Source of the DNA: an uncultured Candidatus Rokubacteria bacterium
Lineage (GTDB): Bacteria; Methylomirabilota; Methylomirabilia; Rokubacteriales; CSP1-6
NCBI GenBank assembly: GCA_963754315.1
Contig: CAVWFS010000015.1
Coordinates: 1-64,000, forward strand
Direction: 5' to 3'
Length of the DNA stretch: 64,000 nucleotides
Shown one piece after another: positions 19,337 to 29,055 of this stretch. A program made the translations under genes and the position numbers. Each line of letters begins with the position of its first letter. Position 1 is the first letter of the stretch. The notes under the pieces are model-generated. The model ran no database searches and was not told where the DNA came from. It saw nothing but the letters and a program-made list of their open reading frames with translations.

Positions 19337-20383
19337 GTGCACTTCGGGCTGTTCGTCGAGGAGATGCGTCAAGGGGCCAGCCAACCCTCGGCCTTCCGCG
19401 ATATCTTCGAGGTGGCCGACCGCGCCGAGGCGTGGGGCATCGACTGCGTCTGGCTTGGGGAGATCCACTTCACCCCTGCTCGCTCGGTGATCTCCGCCTC
19501 CCTGCAGGTGGCCAGCGCGATCGCGGCTCGCACCCGCCGGCTCCACGTCGGCACCGCCGTCCAGGTGCTCCCCCTGAATCATCCCCTGCGCATCGCAGAA
19601 GAGGTCGCGACCGTCGATCAGATCAGCGAAGGTCGTTTCGAGTTCGGGATCGGCCGCAGCGGCGTGGTGCGCTCGTACGATACCTATGGCGTGCCCTACG
19701 GCGAGAGCCAGGCCCGCTTTCGCGAGGCGCTCACGATCATCCGGCAAGCGTGGACGGGGGAGCCGTTCAGCTACGAGGGCGAGTTCTACCGGGTGCAGAA
19801 CGCCACGGTGGCACCGCGTCCCTATCGGGTTCCGCATCCGCCCATTCGGATGGCCGCCACCAGCGAGGAGACGTTTCCGGCGGCAGGGCGCATGGGACTG
19901 CCCATCTTCGTCGGTCTGCGCGCGACCGAACTACCCGATCTGCAGGCTCAGCTCGCGCCCTACCGGCACGCCTGGCGCGAGGCCGGCCATCCCGGCAATC
20001 CCAGCGTCTATCTACGCATCCCGGTCTACGTCTCGCCCACCGAGGAGGGCGCGCGCGAGGAGCCGCGCGAGAGCCTCACGTCGTTCTTCGCCCGTCAGAC
20101 CGAGCTGGCCCGGGCGGCGGTGGGGCGAGCCGGGGCGGGCCCCGCCGAGCGACGCCGCTTTCAGGCCGAGCGCATGGCCAGCCTCTCCTACGACGACGTC
20201 CTCACCAAGAAGGTCGCCTTCGGCACCGCCGCCGGCGTGATCGACCGTCTCACGTACCTGCGCGACGAGCTCGGCCTGGACGGCATCGTGGCCGAACTGA
20301 ATCCCGGCGGCCGCATTTCGCCCGAGCTGGAAACGCGCAGCCTGCAGATCCTCACTCACGAGGTGATGCCCGCGTTCAGGTGA
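19337..20383 (+). CDS. LLM class flavin-dependent oxidoreductase (paralogue of 11373-12419)
   Basis: GTG after GGAGG; GTAVQVLPLNHPLRIAEE, GRFEFGIGR. Confidence 0.92.
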   Translation: MHFGLFVEEMRQGASQPSAFRDIFEVADRAEAWGIDCVWLGEIHFTPARSVISASLQVASAIAARTRRLHVGTAVQVLPLNHPLRIAEEVATVDQISEGRFEFGIGRSGVVRSYDTYGVPYGESQARFREALTIIRQAWTGEPFSYEGEFYRVQNATVAPRPYRVPHPPIRMAATSEETFPAAGRMGLPIFVGLRATELPDLQAQLAPYRHAWREAGHPGNPSVYLRIPVYVSPTEEGAREEPRESLTSFFARQTELARAAVGRAGAGPAERRRFQAERMASLSYDDVLTKKVAFGTAAGVIDRLTYLRDELGLDGIVAELNPGGRISPELETRSLQILTHEVMPAFR

Positions 20384-20394
20384 GCGCGGTCTGA

Positions 20395-21081
20395 TCAGCC
20401 CTTCAGCTCGACGTAGAGGTCGCCGGCCTCTTCCTTCAACCGATACCCCGTCAGGCCGACCTCGGCGTCCCCCATGGGCGAGCCCGTTTGCAGGTCGAAC
20501 TGCCACAGGTGCTCGAGGCAGGTGAGGACGGATCCATCCTGGACCCCCTGTTCCAGCGGCACCGCCTCGTGCGGACACAGCGCTTGATAGGCCACGAAGC
20601 CGTTCGCGGTATTGGCGATGAGCACGTTGATCCCGTCCACCGCGAATTCCTTGAGGCCGTTGGCGGGCACCGCGTCCGTCCGGCACACGCGCTTCCAGAC
20701 GGGCTCTGACGCGCGAGGGGCCGGGCTCGCCGGCGGCGCACTCTTGTGCTCGTCCGTGCTGACCTTGTTGGCCCCACGCACGCCGGGCTCGTAGACAAGG
20801 CGATCGACCGGACGGCCGCCCAGGATGTGCGAGGTGAGAATCTCCGAAAGATCGGACTCCTGGACCCCCGCATACCAGACATTCTCTGGATAGACGACGA
20901 TCATGGGGCCATGGCCGCACTGGGAGAAGCAGCCGGCCTTGTTGATGCGCACCTCGATCTGCTTGCCGGCCTGTCGAGCCGCGTCCCGGAGAACCTTCAC
21001 GTATTTCTCGGTATCGCCCTGCGTCGGGCAGATCTCACCGCTCGTACACACGAACACGTGACGATCGTACTGGCCCATCAT
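20395..21081 (-). CDS. fusion of a thioredoxin-like [2Fe-2S] ferredoxin and a Rieske ferredoxin
   Basis: HVFVCTSGEIC...GCFSQCGHGPMIVVYPENVWY, Pro/Ala linker, then CPH...CLEHLWQFD. Confidence 0.88.
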   Translation of the reverse strand: MMGQYDRHVFVCTSGEICPTQGDTEKYVKVLRDAARQAGKQIEVRINKAGCFSQCGHGPMIVVYPENVWYAGVQESDLSEILTSHILGGRPVDRLVYEPGVRGANKVSTDEHKSAPPASPAPRASEPVWKRVCRTDAVPANGLKEFAVDGINVLIANTANGFVAYQALCPHEAVPLEQGVQDGSVLTCLEHLWQFDLQTGSPMGDAEVGLTGYRLKEEAGDLYVELKG

Positions 21082-21109
21082 GGCTCCTCTATGGTGCTCG
21101 GGGTTCCCA

Positions 21110-22150
21110 TCAGCTGAACTTGTCATAGCGGACATCGGCGGGCGCCAGCCGCGCCTCGCGCAGCAGCAGGCGCAGGCTCGCGTCGACCATCGGGGGCGGC
21201 CCGGCCACGTAGGCGCGGACACTGGCGAATCGTCCCTGCATGCGCTCGCCGGCCACGGCGTGGACGAAACCCCTTGCAAACGCGAATCCGGGATAGGCGG
21301 CGACCAGCGTGTCCGGGACGTCCTCGTCCGAGAGCGCGACGGTGACCGCGAGCCGCGCCGGGCACTGCGCCCGAAACGCTTCCAGCTCGTCCAGGAAGAA
21401 CCGATCCTGCGCGGTACGAACGCCGAAGAAAACGTGGCCGTCCCAGCCGTCGAAGTGGCCCTCCTGACAGGCCAGGGAGAGAATCGACATCATGCCGGCG
21501 ATGCCGCTGCCACCCGCAATGCAGAGCAGGTGCCGGGGCAGGCCGGGCAGGAACGTGGCATGGCCCACCGGCGCGAAGAGCCCGAGGCGCGCGCCGTCGA
21601 TGCGATCGGCGAAGAGCCACTCGCTGACCGCGCCGCCCGGCTTCTTCTTCACGACGAACGACAGGCTCTTGGCTCCGCGTCCGAAGTTGACCATGGAGTA
21701 GGCCCGGGCGCCGACGATTCCCGGCACCGTCACCAGGGCAAACTGGCCAGCCTCGAATTCGAGGGGCTCGTCGAGAACAACGTCGAAGGCGGCGACGTCG
21801 TGTGTCAACCGGCGGTACGCGTTCACGACACCCCCGAGAGCGCGCGGGGCGGGCGGGGTCGGCTCACGCGATTTCAGCGCGCCTCCGACCTCGAGGGTGC
21901 AATGATCGCGGGCCAGACTCTGGCACATCAGGAATTCGGCGTCGCTCTTGAGATAGCGGCGGCCGGGGGCCTCCGGCCATTCGCTCTCGACTCGTCCGCT
22001 GGCCAGCCGAGCCTTGCAGGTGCCGCAGGTACCCGTGGCGCACTCGTAGGGAAGCTCGAAACCCCGCCGGAGGCCGGCGTGGAGGATCTTCTCCTCGGGG
22101 TCGCACTCGAAGTCGCATGACCCGTTCCGGGCATTGACGAGGATCTTCAT
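21110..22150 (-). CDS. [2Fe-2S]/FAD/NAD(P)H oxygenase reductase (TmoF-like)
   Basis: YECATGTCGTC...MC, RAYSM, AGGSGIA, GPPPM, C-terminal DKFS. Confidence 0.9.
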   Translation of the reverse strand: MKILVNARNGSCDFECDPEEKILHAGLRRGFELPYECATGTCGTCKARLASGRVESEWPEAPGRRYLKSDAEFLMCQSLARDHCTLEVGGALKSREPTPPAPRALGGVVNAYRRLTHDVAAFDVVLDEPLEFEAGQFALVTVPGIVGARAYSMVNFGRGAKSLSFVVKKKPGGAVSEWLFADRIDGARLGLFAPVGHATFLPGLPRHLLCIAGGSGIAGMMSILSLACQEGHFDGWDGHVFFGVRTAQDRFFLDELEAFRAQCPARLAVTVALSDEDVPDTLVAAYPGFAFARGFVHAVAGERMQGRFASVRAYVAGPPPMVDASLRLLLREARLAPADVRYDKFS

Positions 22151-22172
22151 GCCGATCGGCAGCCGTCCTCCC

Positions 22173-23327
22173 CTACCCGTGCGCGGCCGGCAAGGTTGCC
22201 CCGTAGTGCGGCATCACTTCGCTGGCGAACAGCTCGATGGATCGCATGGCTTGATCGTGGCCGAGGTCGCCCCACTGAAACGAACAGACGAAGTAGTTGG
22301 CCCCCGTTTCCAGATACTCATCCATATATTCTCGCACTGCCCGGGGGGAACCGGCCAGGGCCACCCCGCCCACGCGATTGGGATGGGGCCGCTGCTTCTG
22401 CTGATCGAAACGCTCCAGCTCGGCGTCGATGTCCCGGCGGGTCTCGCGGGTGGGCAGGCCAGCCGGCCGCTCTCCGACGAAACCGAACGAGCCATCCTTG
22501 GTGTGCATGAACTGGGTGAGGCCCCGTCGCTCGGCTTCGAGGCGGCGGGGCGCGGCCAGGTTCCAGCGGTATTTCTCCCAGGCCGGGGTGGCGATCCTGA
22601 TGGCTTCGTCATCAGTTTCCGCCACCACCATGTGGACGACCAGACCGATCAGCGGCGCATCACCCTGGAGGGTCAGCGCCCCGCCCTGATGCTCGTCCCA
22701 GGCGGCCCGGTAACGCGGCACCGCGACCTTCAGAGTGTCGAGGGAGCCGACGATGATGGTATGCATGCCCTCCATGGCCGCCGTGATGGGATTGCGCATG
22801 TACCAGAGCGGCGGATACGGCTTCTGCAGCGGGCGCAGGTACATGGGCAGGTTGTCGAAGCTGTGGAAACGGCCGGCGTAGGTCAGATGATCGTGGCTGA
22901 GCCCCTCCCGCACGATGGCCAGGGTCTCGACGTAGCGAGCGTAGTTGGTCTCGGAGTCGGCCTCCTGACCCCAGAAATAGGCCTCCATGACACCCCCGCG
23001 ACCAACCCCGATCTCCAGTCGCCCATCGCTCAGATTGTCGAGCATGCTGATCTCCTCGATCAGCCGCAGGGGATGGTGCAAGGGCAAGACGTAGACGCAA
23101 GGGCCGAAGCGTAAGCGGGTCGTACGCTGGGCCACGCTACCCAGGAACACGTTCTGCGAGGGGGCCAGGCTGTGGATGGCTGGTGTGTGGTGCTCGGCCA
23201 GGTGGTAAGCATGGAACCCGGCTGCGTCGAAACGCTCGATCTGGAGCAATCGCTCGCGGTAGATCCGATCGAGCCCGAGCCCCGGCACGGGCTCGATATG
23301 ATCGAACACCCCGAATCGTAAGGTCAT
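22173..23327 (-). CDS. LLM class flavin-dependent oxidoreductase
   Basis: YHLAEHH, LPLHHPLRLIEEISMLDNLSDGRLEIGVGRG. Confidence 0.92.
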   Translation of the reverse strand: MTLRFGVFDHIEPVPGLGLDRIYRERLLQIERFDAAGFHAYHLAEHHTPAIHSLAPSQNVFLGSVAQRTTRLRFGPCVYVLPLHHPLRLIEEISMLDNLSDGRLEIGVGRGGVMEAYFWGQEADSETNYARYVETLAIVREGLSHDHLTYAGRFHSFDNLPMYLRPLQKPYPPLWYMRNPITAAMEGMHTIIVGSLDTLKVAVPRYRAAWDEHQGGALTLQGDAPLIGLVVHMVVAETDDEAIRIATPAWEKYRWNLAAPRRLEAERRGLTQFMHTKDGSFGFVGERPAGLPTRETRRDIDAELERFDQQKQRPHPNRVGGVALAGSPRAVREYMDEYLETGANYFVCSFQWGDLGHDQAMRSIELFASEVMPHYGATLPAAHG

Positions 23328-23332
23328 CGTGT

Positions 23333-25108
23333 CTATACCTCGCCCGTCACCAGCTTGGGCAGCCACATGTCGAGGACGGCAGGCACGCGGTCGCGCTTCA
23401 TGGCCTCGAGGGCACGGCGCAACGCGGGGCCAACCTCGTTGGGATCCGTCACCTTCTCGCCGTGCGCCCCGCTCGCCGCCGCCTCACCCGAATAGTTCGG
23501 GCAGGGATCGAACCAGCCTCCCGTGAGGTCTTGCCCCTTGGCCGCGTAACCCTCGGGATACGTGCGTAGCACCTCGTTCGTGCCGGTGCGATACCCGCGA
23601 TTGTTCCACACGATGAAGAGCACCGGCGCCCGGTGAAAGGCCGAGGCCCACGCCGTCACCTGAGGATTGCCGAACATCCACGAGCCGTCGCCCACGCAGG
23701 CTACCACCGGACGATCGCCGGCGGCTACCTTGACACCGATGGCGGCGGGCGCGGCCCACCCGATGCTCGAGCCTCCCGTGCCGATCAGGGTTCCAGGGCG
23801 CGAGCGGTTGAACATCGACGAGTCCACCAGCTCATGGGTGATGATCGCCTCGGGGTCGATCGTCTGGCCTATCTGGTAGCTGAGCCATAGCGGCGAGATG
23901 ACGCCTCTCGCACGGTCGGCGTTCGCATGTTCGACGACAGCCTCCAGCCGTCGGCGCCCCTCGGCCTGGTAGCGCTCCAGCCGCGCCTGGCAGCGGCGGC
24001 GCCCCTCGCCCGTCATCTGCGAGCGCAGCTCCTCGAGCAGCGCGGGGATGGCCTTGGCCGGGTCCGCAGTGATCGACAGGTCGGACGGAAACTCATAGAT
24101 GGGTGTCATGCGCTCGATGGGGTCGATGGCGAGCCGGATGATGCGGTTCACCCCGTCGGGCTCGAACGACCACGTCTGCCAGGGAACGACAGCGTCGATG
24201 ACGAGCATGCAATCCGTATCGGGCGGGGTGGGCGCGATGCCCGGTGCCCCACGGTCCAGTAGATGGCGCCCGGGCAGATTCATGCGGAAGGGATCGGCCA
24301 TCACGCGGGCACCAAGAGTCTCCGCTAGCTCCTGAAGGGCATGGATCGCGCCTGGATTGTCCCCGTAGCGCGACACACAGATGAGCGGGTTTTCGGCCTC
24401 CAGCAGCCACTGGGCAGCCTGACGCAGCTCGGCAGGGTCGGCGACCGGAGTTCCGGCCGGACGCAGTCGATCCGCGATGGGAAACCGCGCCGTCTCCAGA
24501 CGAGTCATGGCTGACTCGCGAGGCACCGCGAGGTAGGCGGGGCCCCGCGGCTCACTGGTCATCACCTGGACGGCCCGGCTGATCACCAGCCCGGCGTTGT
24601 CGTAGGGGGCCAGCTTGTGGTCCCAGCGCACGTACTGACGCAGCAGCTCACCCTGGTCGCGAATCTGCTGGTACCACTGAATGTAAGAGTTGCGCGCTCC
24701 CGGCACACTCCCGGCTTCGGCCGATGGCGGATACCCGGACATGATCAGCACTGGATAGCGCCCGCGATCGGCGTTGTGGATCGCCCCTCCCGCATTGATC
24801 AGCCCGCACTCCACGTGGAAGGCGGTTGCCGACGGCCGGCCGGTCACCGCGGTCTCGCCGCAGGCAGCCGCCAGGGCCGCGTTCTCGTGCGTCATCGTCA
24901 TGAGCTGGGGAGCGGGCTTTCCGAGAGCCCGGTGCTTCACCGCGCTTTCCTGGAAAAATGCCAGCTCCGTGCCCGACACGAACCATAGTCGCTCGATGCC
25001 GTTCAGGCTCATGGAGGCCATCATGGCCTCGGCAGCCTGGTGGGCCTCCATCCGATATTCGCGCGCTCTTCCCGTTCGGGTGTCGATGCTCTCTAGTTGA
25101 GTGGCCAT
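23333..25108 (-). CDS. thiamine pyrophosphate-dependent enzyme (decarboxylase/ALS family)
   Basis: THENAA catalytic Glu; GDGS...WNN TPP-binding motif. Confidence 0.92.
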   Translation of the reverse strand: MATQLESIDTRTGRAREYRMEAHQAAEAMMASMSLNGIERLWFVSGTELAFFQESAVKHRALGKPAPQLMTMTHENAALAAACGETAVTGRPSATAFHVECGLINAGGAIHNADRGRYPVLIMSGYPPSAEAGSVPGARNSYIQWYQQIRDQGELLRQYVRWDHKLAPYDNAGLVISRAVQVMTSEPRGPAYLAVPRESAMTRLETARFPIADRLRPAGTPVADPAELRQAAQWLLEAENPLICVSRYGDNPGAIHALQELAETLGARVMADPFRMNLPGRHLLDRGAPGIAPTPPDTDCMLVIDAVVPWQTWSFEPDGVNRIIRLAIDPIERMTPIYEFPSDLSITADPAKAIPALLEELRSQMTGEGRRRCQARLERYQAEGRRRLEAVVEHANADRARGVISPLWLSYQIGQTIDPEAIITHELVDSSMFNRSRPGTLIGTGGSSIGWAAPAAIGVKVAAGDRPVVACVGDGSWMFGNPQVTAWASAFHRAPVLFIVWNNRGYRTGTNEVLRTYPEGYAAKGQDLTGGWFDPCPNYSGEAAASGAHGEKVTDPNEVGPALRRALEAMKRDRVPAVLDMWLPKLVTGEV

Positions 25109-25330
25109 GGCGCTATCGAGCCTCCACTGGAGTGGTCAAGCCGTAGAATCCCAGCGCGTTACGCCCCAGGATCTTTGCTTTGACGGTCGGGGTCAGATCG
25201 TCTCGCTTCAGAAGCTCGTCAACAGTATGGGGCCCTCCTCCGTGCTCTGCTCGCCGCTCCCGGAAGCGAGGGAGGCGGCGGGCTCCTCGGAAGTATACTC
25301 ACTAGCGCTGCCCTCGAGGGGAGGAACCCA

Positions 25331-26362
25331 ATGGCGCCCAAGGTGGTGGTGTCCCGTCAACTGTCGAGAGTCGAAGAGATCGTGCAGGGGCTGACCGCCG
25401 CCGGCTGCACCCCGGTTCTCGGCCCGGTGACCACGCCGGGAGAGGTGCATGACTTCAGCGGCGCGGAAATCCGCGAGTACTTCGCCGATGCCGACGCCTT
25501 CATCGCCGGGATCCGCGAGCGCTACCCGCGCGAGCTGATGCAGGCGGCCAAGCGCCTCACCGTCGGGTGCAGCACGATCATCGGCACCGAGCACATCGAC
25601 GTGGACGCCGCCACCGAGCTGGGAATCGTCATCGGCTTCGGCGCCACCCCCGAGAACTACCTCGGTGTCGCGGAGGCGGTGGTGATGCTGGCGGCGGCCC
25701 TGATCAAGCGGCTTCCCCAGAAGTGGACCGCCATGCGCGAAGGGGGGTACCGGGTATCACAAGCCGGTCACATGGTCCGTCACAGCACGATCGGGATGAT
25801 CGGCCTCGGCAACGTGGGACAGGCTGTCGCTCGCCGACTCAGCGGCTGGGAGTGCCGCCTCATCGCCACCGACCCCTATATCTCGAAGGACGTGGCGGCC
25901 GAGCTCGGGGTCGAGCTGGTGGATCTGGAGACGCTCCTCGGCGCTTCCGACGTGGTGTCGATCCAGGTGGTGCTGACGGGCGAGACCCGGCACCTTCTAG
26001 GAGCCAAGGAGTTCGCGCTGATGAAGCCGGGCGCGTATCTGATCAATACCAGCCGCGGCGGTGTCGTGGACGAGGACGCGCTGATCAAAGCCCTGGACGA
26101 CCATCTGGGCGGAGCCGCCCTGGACGTCTGGCGCGAGGAGCCATGCCCACCCGGACATCCGCTGCGGACGCACCCCCGGGTCATCGCGACCGCCCATAAC
26201 GTGGCCCATTCGGAGGAGCTGTACGCACGGTTGCCCGGGGCCGCGGTGGAAAATGTTACACGGGCTCTGCGCGGTCAGGAACCTCTCTACGTCCGCAATC
26301 CGGCCGTCATTCCTCGCTGGCGCGAGCGTCTGGCCAGCCTGGGCGGACCGCCACTCCGCTGA
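25331..26362 (+). CDS. D-isomer 2-hydroxyacid dehydrogenase
   Basis: GLGNVG, INTSRGGVVDE, LDVWREEP, ATAHN. Confidence 0.9.
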   Translation: MAPKVVVSRQLSRVEEIVQGLTAAGCTPVLGPVTTPGEVHDFSGAEIREYFADADAFIAGIRERYPRELMQAAKRLTVGCSTIIGTEHIDVDAATELGIVIGFGATPENYLGVAEAVVMLAAALIKRLPQKWTAMREGGYRVSQAGHMVRHSTIGMIGLGNVGQAVARRLSGWECRLIATDPYISKDVAAELGVELVDLETLLGASDVVSIQVVLTGETRHLLGAKEFALMKPGAYLINTSRGGVVDEDALIKALDDHLGGAALDVWREEPCPPGHPLRTHPRVIATAHNVAHSEELYARLPGAAVENVTRALRGQEPLYVRNPAVIPRWRERLASLGGPPLR

Positions 26363-26382
26363 ACCGGGCGCGGATATCCGAC

Positions 26383-28497
26383 TTAGAATCTGATGGCGAG
26401 GCCCCCGAAGGCCGAGAACGGAGCCCCCGGCGTGAAGTGAACGTCCGCGACCCCCTCGAGCGGCTCGTTCTTCAGCCGTGAGACGTAGTAGAGCTGCCCC
26501 TCGCTGTAGTTCACGTTGAAGAGGTTGTTCAGGCTCAGGAAGGCCTCGACAGCCTTGTAGCGATATCGGGCGGTCAAGGTCGTCAGCGTGTAGCCTTTGG
26601 CGATCACCGAGCGGTCCTCGGTGAGGTATCGGGGCCCCAGATAGAGCGTGGCCAGGTCCACGCTGAGTCCCCACGGCCACCGCGCGGTGAGGTCGGCCAG
26701 AGCGGTCCAGCGCGGGGCCAGGGGCACCGCGCCGCCGTCGTTGAAGGTGGCGTTGGTATACGTGAAATTGCCGTTGAAGGTGAGCCAGTCAAACGGCTTG
26801 ATCTGCGTCGAGAATTCGACCCCCTTGCGCTTGCTGGCCCCCGAGGGTTCCGTCGTCCCCACGTCGCCGACGAACACCAGCTCGCTGGCCAGGTTGAGCG
26901 CCCAGAGGGTCGCCGAAGCCTGGATCTTGGGATGGGGCTGCACGCGGACGCCGAACTCGTAGCCCTCGGCCCGGGCCAGCGCGGTCAGCTTCGGGTCCAA
27001 GATCACGGCACGCGCGTCGTTGCTGTGGAATCCGGTCCCGAAGTTGGCGAAGAACTCGGTCTGGTACCAAGGGCCGAGGACGAGGTTGGCCTTCACGCTG
27101 GGAATCGCCCGGACCTCGGATCCGTTGAGAGTTCCCGCCTCCAGCTGGTCATGAAGATTGTAGGTGAAGATGTCGCCGCGGGCGCCGGTGACGAAGCGCA
27201 ACCACGGCGTGGCCGCTGGCGCGAGGGCGAACTTCACGAACGGAGAATAGGACTGCTCGAGGATGTTGACATTCTCGGACTGGAAAGGGCTGTCAGGCGG
27301 TGGGGGGGGCAGGCGGTGGCGATCAGCCTGCGCAGCAAGGACCAGGTGAGGGCCGTCGATCCGGGACTGAAACCCGGCCGTGCTCGTGGTGTTCACGCCG
27401 AACAGGCGATCCTGCCGCTCGTACCGGCCGTCGAAGCCACCGTACCAGCGCCGGTCGTACTGCTGGATGCCGTCCCCGTTTTCGGGGTCGAACAGAAAGA
27501 AGGTGAAGTTCGAGAAGAGATTCAAAAAGTAGTACGAGGCATAACCCTGGAGGGAGACCACCTCGTTCGCCGAGGGCTTCCACAGAAGGTTGCTGTTGAA
27601 GTTGAAGCGCTGGGTGGTGCCGCCTTGGCTGTTGTCGATGGACCCGAAGCGGTCGATCAACCCCTCGTGGACGGCGCGCAGGGGAATCTCGCCCGAGGCG
27701 AACCAGTCGCTGTAGAGATACGAGCCGATGACGCGCAGAGTGAGGTCCTCGCCCAGGGCGGCCGTGGCCTTGGCAAAGACGTTTACGCGTCGGTAGTTCT
27801 GCGGGCGATCGAAGGGCCCGTCGGTCGCGTAGAACTCCCCGGCGAAGAGCGTCTTCAGGGCGCCGCGAGTCGGCGAGTACAGCGCGAGATAGCGCTGGGT
27901 ATTGAACGACCCGCCCCCCGCCTGGGCGAGGTTCTCGTCCACCATGTCGAGAGTGACGAAGTTGATGGCCGCCGCCGTGGCGAAGTCGCCGTACTCCGCG
28001 TAGTACGGCCCCTTGAACACGTCGACCCGGGCCAGGGTCTCGGGAATGATGAAGTGCAGATCGGTGTAGCCCTGCCCGTGGGCGTGGCTGCGCAGGTTCA
28101 CGGGCAGGCCGTCGGCGAAGAAGGCGATGTCGGTGCCGTGGTCGCCGTCGAACCCGCGCAGGAAGTACTGGTCGGCCTTGCCCCCGCCGTGATGCTGGGC
28201 GATCACGAAGCCGGGAATCAGGCGCAGGATGTCCGCAGGCCGGCCCTGGGGCCGGAGCTCGAAGCTCTTGCCGGGAATGAGGACCTCCGAGGAGGACGAC
28301 AGGGCCGGCGGCGCCTCCACCACCAGCGGCGGCAGGACGGCCTCCGGAGGCGGCAGCGGCTCCTCCTGGGTGACGCCCGGGCCGGCAGTGGTGAGAGCGG
28401 TCAAGAAGACGGCGGCCGCCACCCACCGCCGCCACGCGGCTCCAGGAGGGAAGGAGGAATCCGAGCCAGGGAGAAACGCCGTGATCGGTCGCGCCAT
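26383..28497 (-). CDS. TonB-dependent receptor, probably for Ni/Co
   Basis: Plug motifs QHHGGGKADQYFLRGFDGDHGTD and SHAHGQGY; C-terminal Phe; divergent from nikR. Confidence 0.9.
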   Translation of the reverse strand: MARPITAFLPGSDSSFPPGAAWRRWVAAAVFLTALTTAGPGVTQEEPLPPPEAVLPPLVVEAPPALSSSSEVLIPGKSFELRPQGRPADILRLIPGFVIAQHHGGGKADQYFLRGFDGDHGTDIAFFADGLPVNLRSHAHGQGYTDLHFIIPETLARVDVFKGPYYAEYGDFATAAAINFVTLDMVDENLAQAGGGSFNTQRYLALYSPTRGALKTLFAGEFYATDGPFDRPQNYRRVNVFAKATAALGEDLTLRVIGSYLYSDWFASGEIPLRAVHEGLIDRFGSIDNSQGGTTQRFNFNSNLLWKPSANEVVSLQGYASYYFLNLFSNFTFFLFDPENGDGIQQYDRRWYGGFDGRYERQDRLFGVNTTSTAGFQSRIDGPHLVLAAQADRHRLPPPPPDSPFQSENVNILEQSYSPFVKFALAPAATPWLRFVTGARGDIFTYNLHDQLEAGTLNGSEVRAIPSVKANLVLGPWYQTEFFANFGTGFHSNDARAVILDPKLTALARAEGYEFGVRVQPHPKIQASATLWALNLASELVFVGDVGTTEPSGASKRKGVEFSTQIKPFDWLTFNGNFTYTNATFNDGGAVPLAPRWTALADLTARWPWGLSVDLATLYLGPRYLTEDRSVIAKGYTLTTLTARYRYKAVEAFLSLNNLFNVNYSEGQLYYVSRLKNEPLEGVADVHFTPGAPFSAFGGLAIRF

Positions 28498-28516
28498 ACG
28501 TTTCCTCGGCCAAGAA

Positions 28517-28543
28517 GTATTACAAGAAGTCAGGAAGTAATAC
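28517..28543. promoter_or_regulatory. NikR operator
   Basis: Perfect GTATTAC-N13-GTAATAC in the AT-rich spacer between the receptor gene and nikR. Confidence 0.8.
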
Positions 28544-28581
28544 CACATTTCAGGCCTTTCATGACATACGATGCCGCTTCG

Positions 28582-29007
28582 ATGGCTGACGATCGCACCA
28601 TCCGCTTCACGGTCTCCCTCCCCGACCGGCTCATGCGGACCCTGGATCAGCTCCGCGCCGAGCGCCGTTACGTGAACCGCAGTGAGTTCATCCGAGACTT
28701 GCTCCGGGCGGAGCTGGTCAAGGAGGAATGGGCGCAGCGGCGGGGGGAGACGGTGGGGGTGCTGCTGCTCGTGTACGACCACCACACGCGAGCCCTGGCC
28801 GACAAGCTCACCGACATCCAGCACCACAGCTTTCGCAGCATCACGGCCGCGCTCCACGTTCATCTGGACGAGCATTCGTGCCTCGAGGTCATCGCCCTGC
28901 GCGGGACGGCGCGCCGCATCCGCGCTCTCGCCAACGAGCTCCTGGCCATCAAGGGGGTCCGCTACGGTCAGCTGGTGCCGGCCACCCGGGGTAAGCGCCT
29001 CTCCTGA
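28582..29007 (+). CDS. nikR: nickel-responsive regulator NikR
   Basis: RHH RFTVSL...NRSEFIRDL; YDHH, IQH and HVHLDEHSCLEVI Ni ligands. Confidence 0.95.
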   Translation: MADDRTIRFTVSLPDRLMRTLDQLRAERRYVNRSEFIRDLLRAELVKEEWAQRRGETVGVLLLVYDHHTRALADKLTDIQHHSFRSITAALHVHLDEHSCLEVIALRGTARRIRALANELLAIKGVRYGQLVPATRGKRLS

Positions 29008-29055
29008 TCCGGCCCGCTCCATCCGGAGTATTATTCGTGTTGAATTCTTCCTACG

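Noticed and set aside
18121..20394. 757-aa ORF and other long shadow ORFs (26932-28560, 51062-52684, 30356-32077)
   Set aside because: Antisense or off-frame products of high GC overlapping well-supported genes, with no motifs.
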